Shown: positions 26,060 to 30,286 of the stretch, piece by piece
Numbering within the stretch: the first letter of the stretch is position 1
Layout: each line of letters starts with the position of its first letter
Source of the DNA: a virus
Lineage: Duplodnaviria > Heunggongvirae > Uroviricota > Caudoviricetes
Reading direction: 5' to 3' (one strand)
IMG/VR virus record: IMGVR_UViG_2778261087_000001
Location: 1-30,286 of that record
DNA: 30,286 nucleotides
Made by a program: the position numbers and the translations under genes
Notes under the pieces: generated by a model
Told to the model about the DNA's origin: nothing
Seen by the model: only the letters and a program-made list of their open reading frames with translations
Databases searched by the model: none

Positions 26060-26071
26060 GTGACATGTCAC
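26060..26071. repeat. 12-bp perfect palindrome GTGACATGTCAC (copy 2 of 3)
   Basis: Exact palindrome 5 nt after the gp49-like stop codon and just before its terminator. Confidence 0.6.
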
Positions 26072-26075
26072 AAAC

Positions 26076-26102
26076 AGCCAGCCGATGAGCTGGCTTTGTT
26101 TT
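26076..26102 (+). terminator. rho-independent terminator
   Basis: AGCCAGC-CGATGA-GCTGGCT hairpin followed by TTGTTTT. Confidence 0.65.
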
Positions 26103-26145
26103 ATCCTCACCAGAGGATATCAGCAGTATTATCCCCACCAGCGGA

Positions 26146-27621
26146 TTAAGCATAAGGGTCATAATCCGTTATGGCCCTTCCCTGCTGGCTTTGCTGTCCT
26201 GGTATATTTATGCGTTTCGAGACCGGGAAAGCAAACGTCAGCAATAGCGCATCGCCTTTCCCCGGCGAACGCCCAAGTCGCTCCTTGATATCTTCCTTCG
26301 GTTCGATAACGATTTTACCGTCCACGCGAACTTTGTACTCTGCCGTCGACAGGTCGTCCGCTGTTTCTTGGTCATCCAGCATGCCGCCGAGCCTCAGCCA
26401 TGTCTTGCATGAGTTGAACATCTCCCCACGCTTGTTGAGCATCTGCGGGTCAGTAGACGCGCCACCGAACGGAACAAGTTGCCATGTACGACCCCAGCCG
26501 TCACCGATTGACTTCAAACCGGTTCCGTAACCGAAGTCGATGAACACCGCGTCAGCCTGATACTGGTCTTCAAAGTCAGCGATACGCTTCGCCATAATCA
26601 GATCGTCGGTAGTCTTGTTGCCAGTCCACAGCACCTTACTGTGTAGCCCCTGCCGCAGGTATATCACAGCGTCATCAACACCGGAGTATGCCGGGTCAAC
26701 GCCGATTATCACCGGAGCATGTGCAACCTGCGCAGCGGTTACCACCCGTTTCATTGCCTCGTCAGTAAGACCGGTAGGGATAAACTGCAATTCAGATGCA
26801 TCAGGGAATATGCCACGCACACGGATTTTAACGAAGTCGCTGTCTTCCCCGTAGTCATCAACCCATTTCTGCAACTGCTGTTTGTTGGTACCTTCCACCG
26901 TCCGACTGTCAATCTGCGCAGTTTTCCAGCGGTGTTTATACTTGCGGAAACATTCACGGAAACGTCCGGTATTACGAGTCGGGTTTCCGAACGCCACCCA
27001 GATGATTTCGGTGTCTTCGTCCGTCAGCGCACCCTCTGCTACCTCCCACACCAGATCGGCAATGTTCGACGCTTCATCGAATACCACGATGATGCGTTTG
27101 CGCTCGTTGTGTAGTCCGGCGAATGCCTCAGTGTTGTGCTCAGACCATGGGATTGCGTCAGCTCGCCACCGCTTGTCGTGCCCAGGGTCATTGCTGTACA
27201 TCGCGGTAGCGGTACAGGTAAACCAGTCTTTCGTGATAGCAAGGTTTGACCACTTGATAATTTCCGGCCAGGTCTTCGTTCGTAGCTGGTTGTCGGTGTT
27301 GGCGGTCACCACGACCTTACAATCCTCGCAAGTGGACATGCCCCAGTTGATCAGCATTGAGATGAATGCGGATTTACCAATACCGTGACCAGAAGCGCGT
27401 GCCAGCATAAGCGGCTGATAGCGCGTCTCTGGATTCTGCAGGTGATCACGTATCTCTCGGAACGCATCGGCCTGCCACTGACGTGGACCGGTGGCATGTG
27501 CCAGTTCAGTACCCTCTTCCCCCCACGGGAACGCATAGAGGGCATAGCCAAGCGGATCGTGAGTGAACCCTGCAATATCCTCGATTAACTGCTCTTCAGG
27601 AGATAACGCTGTATCTGTCAC
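26146..27621 (-). CDS. terminase large subunit
   Basis: 491 aa; Walker A-like GHGIGKS in the N-terminal ATPase region, acidic nuclease-like C-terminal half; 4-nt overlap with the upstream small-terminase ORF. Confidence 0.85.
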   Translation of the reverse strand: MTDTALSPEEQLIEDIAGFTHDPLGYALYAFPWGEEGTELAHATGPRQWQADAFREIRDHLQNPETRYQPLMLARASGHGIGKSAFISMLINWGMSTCEDCKVVVTANTDNQLRTKTWPEIIKWSNLAITKDWFTCTATAMYSNDPGHDKRWRADAIPWSEHNTEAFAGLHNERKRIIVVFDEASNIADLVWEVAEGALTDEDTEIIWVAFGNPTRNTGRFRECFRKYKHRWKTAQIDSRTVEGTNKQQLQKWVDDYGEDSDFVKIRVRGIFPDASELQFIPTGLTDEAMKRVVTAAQVAHAPVIIGVDPAYSGVDDAVIYLRQGLHSKVLWTGNKTTDDLIMAKRIADFEDQYQADAVFIDFGYGTGLKSIGDGWGRTWQLVPFGGASTDPQMLNKRGEMFNSCKTWLRLGGMLDDQETADDLSTAEYKVRVDGKIVIEPKEDIKERLGRSPGKGDALLLTFAFPVSKRINIPGQQSQQGRAITDYDPYA

Positions 27622-28214
27622 TGATTGCCATCCTGACGTTCTTTCAGTCTCTTCCTGGCTGCCGCTATGCGATCAGCAATTGTCACATTCACATTAACAT
27701 CCAGGCGTTCTTTGAATGCGTTGACGTCGACGTGCTTACCAATCAGTTCGAGGTTCTTCACCTTGTCAGGCCATTTAATTTTTTTGAGGATTGTCTCTAT
27801 CGAATCCTCGTTCATGTTCATGATGGTCGATGACAGATCAAAGCCACTAAGCGTAGTGCGCCAGATTTTCGGCCACTCGCGGATTGGCTTAAGGCTCCCA
27901 TCGTCGTTGAGGATGTCGATCACGTCCATCTGGTCGATCTCCACCAGACGCATGAGAACGTAATCAGCACTGACGCGCATTCGTTTGTTGCGCTCCTCCA
28001 TCAGCTCGGCAATCCGTTTTTGAATGCGTTCATCGCGCATCATGACACTGGCTTTAACTGCCGCTGTATTTGGGGAGAATCCTGCGTTAATCGCTGCCTG
28101 AGTCTGGTTTTCAGGCGTTTTGATGTATGACTGGCAATAAGCCTCCTGCATTGCTGTTAGTGGCTTAAATTGCGTTGATTTGCGTTTATAGGTTTTAGGT
28201 TCAGCAGGCATCAT
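27618..28214 (-). CDS. terminase small subunit
   Basis: Basic helical protein immediately upstream of the large terminase; track ORF extends to TTG 28292, but ATG 28214 lies after an upstream terminator and direct repeats and is preferred. Confidence 0.6.
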   Translation of the reverse strand: MMPAEPKTYKRKSTQFKPLTAMQEAYCQSYIKTPENQTQAAINAGFSPNTAAVKASVMMRDERIQKRIAELMEERNKRMRVSADYVLMRLVEIDQMDVIDILNDDGSLKPIREWPKIWRTTLSGFDLSSTIMNMNEDSIETILKKIKWPDKVKNLELIGKHVDVNAFKERLDVNVNVTIADRIAAARKRLKERQDGNQ

Positions 28215-28221
28215 AACCACC

Positions 28222-28250
28222 GTGGTAATAGTTACCGTTGTGGTAATAGT
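28222..28250 (-). repeat. two 11-bp direct repeats (ACTATTACCAC on the minus strand) upstream of terS
   Basis: GTGGTAATAGT on the plus strand at 28222-28232 and 28240-28250; contain the same TATTACC core as the plus-strand motifs. Confidence 0.5.
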
Positions 28251-28251
28251 A

Positions 28252-28283
28252 CCATGCAAAATAAAGCCGCCATAGTTGGCGGC
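28252..28283 (-). terminator. rho-independent terminator between the early-type genes and the packaging operon
   Basis: Minus strand GCCGCC-AACTAT-GGCGGC followed by TTTATTTTG. Confidence 0.5.
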
Positions 28284-28288
28284 AGTAT

Positions 28289-28522
28289 TCAAAGTCCATC
28301 AAATTCATCGTAAAAACTCTCGTCAAGATACCCTTCCCATTTACCGCGAATGAAAATTACATCCTCGCCGCAAGGGTGCTGACTGTCGATAACTATATCC
28401 CTCCTGGCGCAACCATACTTATGCATGAGAAATTTAACCTCTTTCGGAAAATTTGCTGAGTTATCTCTCATATCTTCAAGGTCGTAGCGTATTTTTGGCA
28501 TAACACCTTCGTGACATGTCAC
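28289..28522 (-). CDS. hypothetical protein
   Basis: Track ORF with GTG start inside the palindrome; alternative ATG at 28501 (MPKIRYD...) has AAGGTG only about 2 nt upstream; start uncertain. Confidence 0.45.
   Translation of the reverse strand: MTCHEGVMPKIRYDLEDMRDNSANFPKEVKFLMHKYGCARRDIVIDSQHPCGEDVIFIRGKWEGYLDESFYDEFDGL
28511..28522. repeat. 12-bp perfect palindrome GTGACATGTCAC (copy 3 of 3)
   Basis: Exact palindrome overlapping the stop codon of the 113-aa gene and the 5' end of the next gene. Confidence 0.6.
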
Positions 28523-28860
28523 ACTATTAATTTCGTTTCATGCCAGCCTTTAGTCACCCAGCATTGCGAGTCACCATTACACGGGCATGAATTCACAGGA
28601 ACTCTCTCGCCGCACTTACCGCAACGTTTTCTGCTGATCGATTTCATACGCCCGCGCACGCGTGCATCATCCTGGCGGATCAGTAACGCTATATACTCAC
28701 CAAATTCGTAAGGCGCACGCCCGGGGCGACGCGTGGCACAGTTACGCTCCAGCATTTCAATTTCCTGAGCATCAAGCACAATCTCCAGCTTACGTACACC
28801 GGATTCAGCTTGTCTGGCTCTCTGAGCGGCTTTGCGCTCTGCTGCTGATTTAGCCATCAA
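28519..28860 (-). CDS. hypothetical protein with C-terminal zinc-ribbon-like Cys cluster
   Basis: 113 aa; charged helical N-terminal part and CGKCG...CPCNGDSQC cluster. Confidence 0.45.
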   Translation of the reverse strand: MMAKSAAERKAAQRARQAESGVRKLEIVLDAQEIEMLERNCATRRPGRAPYEFGEYIALLIRQDDARVRGRMKSISRKRCGKCGERVPVNSCPCNGDSQCWVTKGWHETKLIV

Positions 28861-29131
28861 TATTCACCTTTATCGCGTAAACCTTTACCGGTTTATCGCC
28901 GAAGTGCGGATGTGTGATTGTCTTGATTTCATATCCGTCATACGGGACGTCAATTCTGCGGCTGGAATCGTCGCGCTTCGGATATCCCTTTGTGATAATC
29001 AGGCGGTCATACTCCAGGAACATAATTCGCTTATTCCAGTAGTCATTACACAGGCGATACTCTTCCGTTTTCTCTCCGCGAATCATGGCATCGAAGTATT
29101 CACCTTTGACGGCAAGTTGCAGGTTAGCCAT
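28850..29131 (-). CDS. ASCH/DUF3850-like domain protein
   Basis: From ATG 29131 (GGAGGAG RBS): LQLAVKGEYFDAMIRGEKTEEYRLND pattern resembles ASCH-fold phage proteins; track start 29152 rejected. Confidence 0.45.
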   Translation of the reverse strand: MANLQLAVKGEYFDAMIRGEKTEEYRLCNDYWNKRIMFLEYDRLIITKGYPKRDDSSRRIDVPYDGYEIKTITHPHFGDKPVKVYAIKVNIDG

Positions 29132-29388
29132 TACCGCTCCTCCAGTCTCCATACTGCCTGACCAATCCGGCTGGCGTGGGTATCTTTGGATACTGTTCCT
29201 TCATTAGCCATCTCCATAAGAATTTTGCGCAAATCTGCCGAACGCCATTCTTCATCAGGAAATTCCTTCTCCATTGCCAACCGCAGACTCCAGGTTGCCA
29301 TCCTGAATGGATATTCCCCGCCGAGAACTTTCTCTTGCAGGGCTGCACGGGAACGCATCACCTGCAAAACCTTCTCTTGAACATCCAT
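29131..29388 (-). CDS. hypothetical protein (85 aa)
   Basis: Track ORF, 1-nt stop/start overlaps with both neighbours. Confidence 0.45.
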   Translation of the reverse strand: MDVQEKVLQVMRSRAALQEKVLGGEYPFRMATWSLRLAMEKEFPDEEWRSADLRKILMEMANEGTVSKDTHASRIGQAVWRLEER

Positions 29389-30008
29389 TACGTCGCCTCC
29401 TGCGGCGGTTCCGGTAGCGGTATCCAGTGGGTTACATTGCGGCTCTGCGTTTCGAAGAACTCCTCACCATTGCGGACAACATCAAAAAACTCACCGTCTC
29501 GATATTGCGCATAAAGAACGAATGCGCCATCACATAAAATAATTACGTGCTGACCGTCCTCTGGCATTCGCTCACTACAGCTTATCCAACCATCCGGAAT
29601 TACCGGAGAGTTGCCATTTACATCGAAGTTTGGTTCTGCGTCCTGAACTAGGAGGATGTAACCATTCTTGGCTGTATCAAGTTCTAACGCCTCGGTTACG
29701 GTACCGAAATAGCGATTACCTAAATCCGCATCACAAGTGCTTACATCAATGGAAACCTCCATGCCTTCGATTAATTCTGGCAAGTTGTAAGTTTGGCTTA
29801 CAGGCTCTGCTTCCAGTGATGCCAGTGCAATTCGTGCCAGCTCACGCACAACTTCAGGGGGCGCGTAACGGTCATTCAGGTCATCCCACAGGCGTAGCAT
29901 GTTATCGCTACCAGGGTGAACATCATCGTTAGTTCCGGCAAGCGCACTAATAACCTCATCGGCTGCTTCAATAATTTTCTGTGCCTGTTCTCTGGTAATA
30001 GTGGTCAT
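29388..30008 (-). CDS. DUF551-like domain protein
   Basis: 206 aa; acidic N-terminal half; C-terminus ...VTHWIPLPEPP is the characteristic DUF551 ending as recalled. Confidence 0.55.
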   Translation of the reverse strand: MTTITREQAQKIIEAADEVISALAGTNDDVHPGSDNMLRLWDDLNDRYAPPEVVRELARIALASLEAEPVSQTYNLPELIEGMEVSIDVSTCDADLGNRYFGTVTEALELDTAKNGYILLVQDAEPNFDVNGNSPVIPDGWISCSERMPEDGQHVIILCDGAFVLYAQYRDGEFFDVVRNGEEFFETQSRNVTHWIPLPEPPQEAT

Positions 30009-30214
30009 TTGTTAATCCTTAAAACTTTATGCCCTGGCGCAAAAGCACGTGTTTTGTCTTTGCTTATTCGCCAGCCATCCTTACGTGCCTCTTTTGCACA
30101 GCCAGCCCATGACGTACCGATATATTCACCGAAGTCTGGTACTGGATATACACCTTCCGTACACTGGCGGCAGTCACAATAGAGATGCATGGTGTAACTT
30201 GCAGCGATAGCCAT
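30005..30214 (-). CDS. hypothetical small Cys-containing protein
   Basis: 69 aa ORF, ATGA overlap with the downstream gene. Confidence 0.4.
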   Translation of the reverse strand: MAIAASYTMHLYCDCRQCTEGVYPVPDFGEYIGTSWAGCAKEARKDGWRISKDKTRAFAPGHKVLRINK

Positions 30215-30286
30215 ATCACTCTCCTTTGATGCGAATGCCAGTGGTACTCATTCTCCTGATTTCCCAGAGCACACGAGGAACACCAC

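Larger units (their letters stand above)
2141..30286 (-). mobile_element. prophage late, lysis and part of early region (podovirus-type; continues beyond window end)
   Basis: Contiguous minus-strand operon of terminase, portal, scaffold, capsid, tail tubular, internal virion, tail fiber and lysis genes with tightly overlapping stop/start codons, interrupted by plus-strand morons. Confidence 0.85.

Noticed and set aside
27618-28292. TerS starting at TTG 28292 (224 aa)
   Set aside because: Extension crosses an intrinsic terminator and DNA direct repeats and encodes an implausible peptide; ATG 28214 preferred (kept as uncertainty)
1-30286. CRISPR array, integrase, transposase or IS element
   Set aside because: No regularly spaced direct repeats, no recombinase-like ORF and no terminal inverted repeats seen; the integrase is presumably at the unseen end of the prophage

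Overview
The window is almost entirely the late/lysis arm of a podovirus-type prophage (about 2141 to the window end, continuing beyond it), lying next to three host genes (yfgG-yfgH-yfgI, 456-2031). All calls are from reading the sequence and the ORF track; no searches were run. Reading right to left on the minus strand the prophage has small lambdoid-style accessory genes (ASCH-like, DUF551-like, zinc-ribbon), small and large terminase, portal, scaffold, major capsid, tail tubular A/B-like proteins, three very large internal virion proteins, a tail fiber with a T7 gp17-like N-terminus, and a lysis cassette (two holin-like proteins, GH19 endolysin, Rz with embedded Rz1). This gene order resembles T7/epsilon15-like virions but without an RNA polymerase in the window. 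Plus-strand accessory (moron) insertions interrupt it: a tRNA-Arg(UCU) and gp49-like gene between terminase and portal, and an island at 6227-8463 (Bro-N protein plus a stand-alone copy of its C-terminal domain, an AT-rich two-gene cassette, a small secreted peptide). The most unusual signals are non-coding: a 12-bp perfect palindrome GTGACATGTCAC present three times at module junctions, and a recurrent motif (CCAyATrTGGAT ... TATTACCTTnnAGGTG) in direct copies on both sides of the tail fiber gene and upstream of the moron genes. The prophage ends at a short guaA 3'-end remnant at 2126-2140. No integrase, CRISPR array or IS element is visible in the window.
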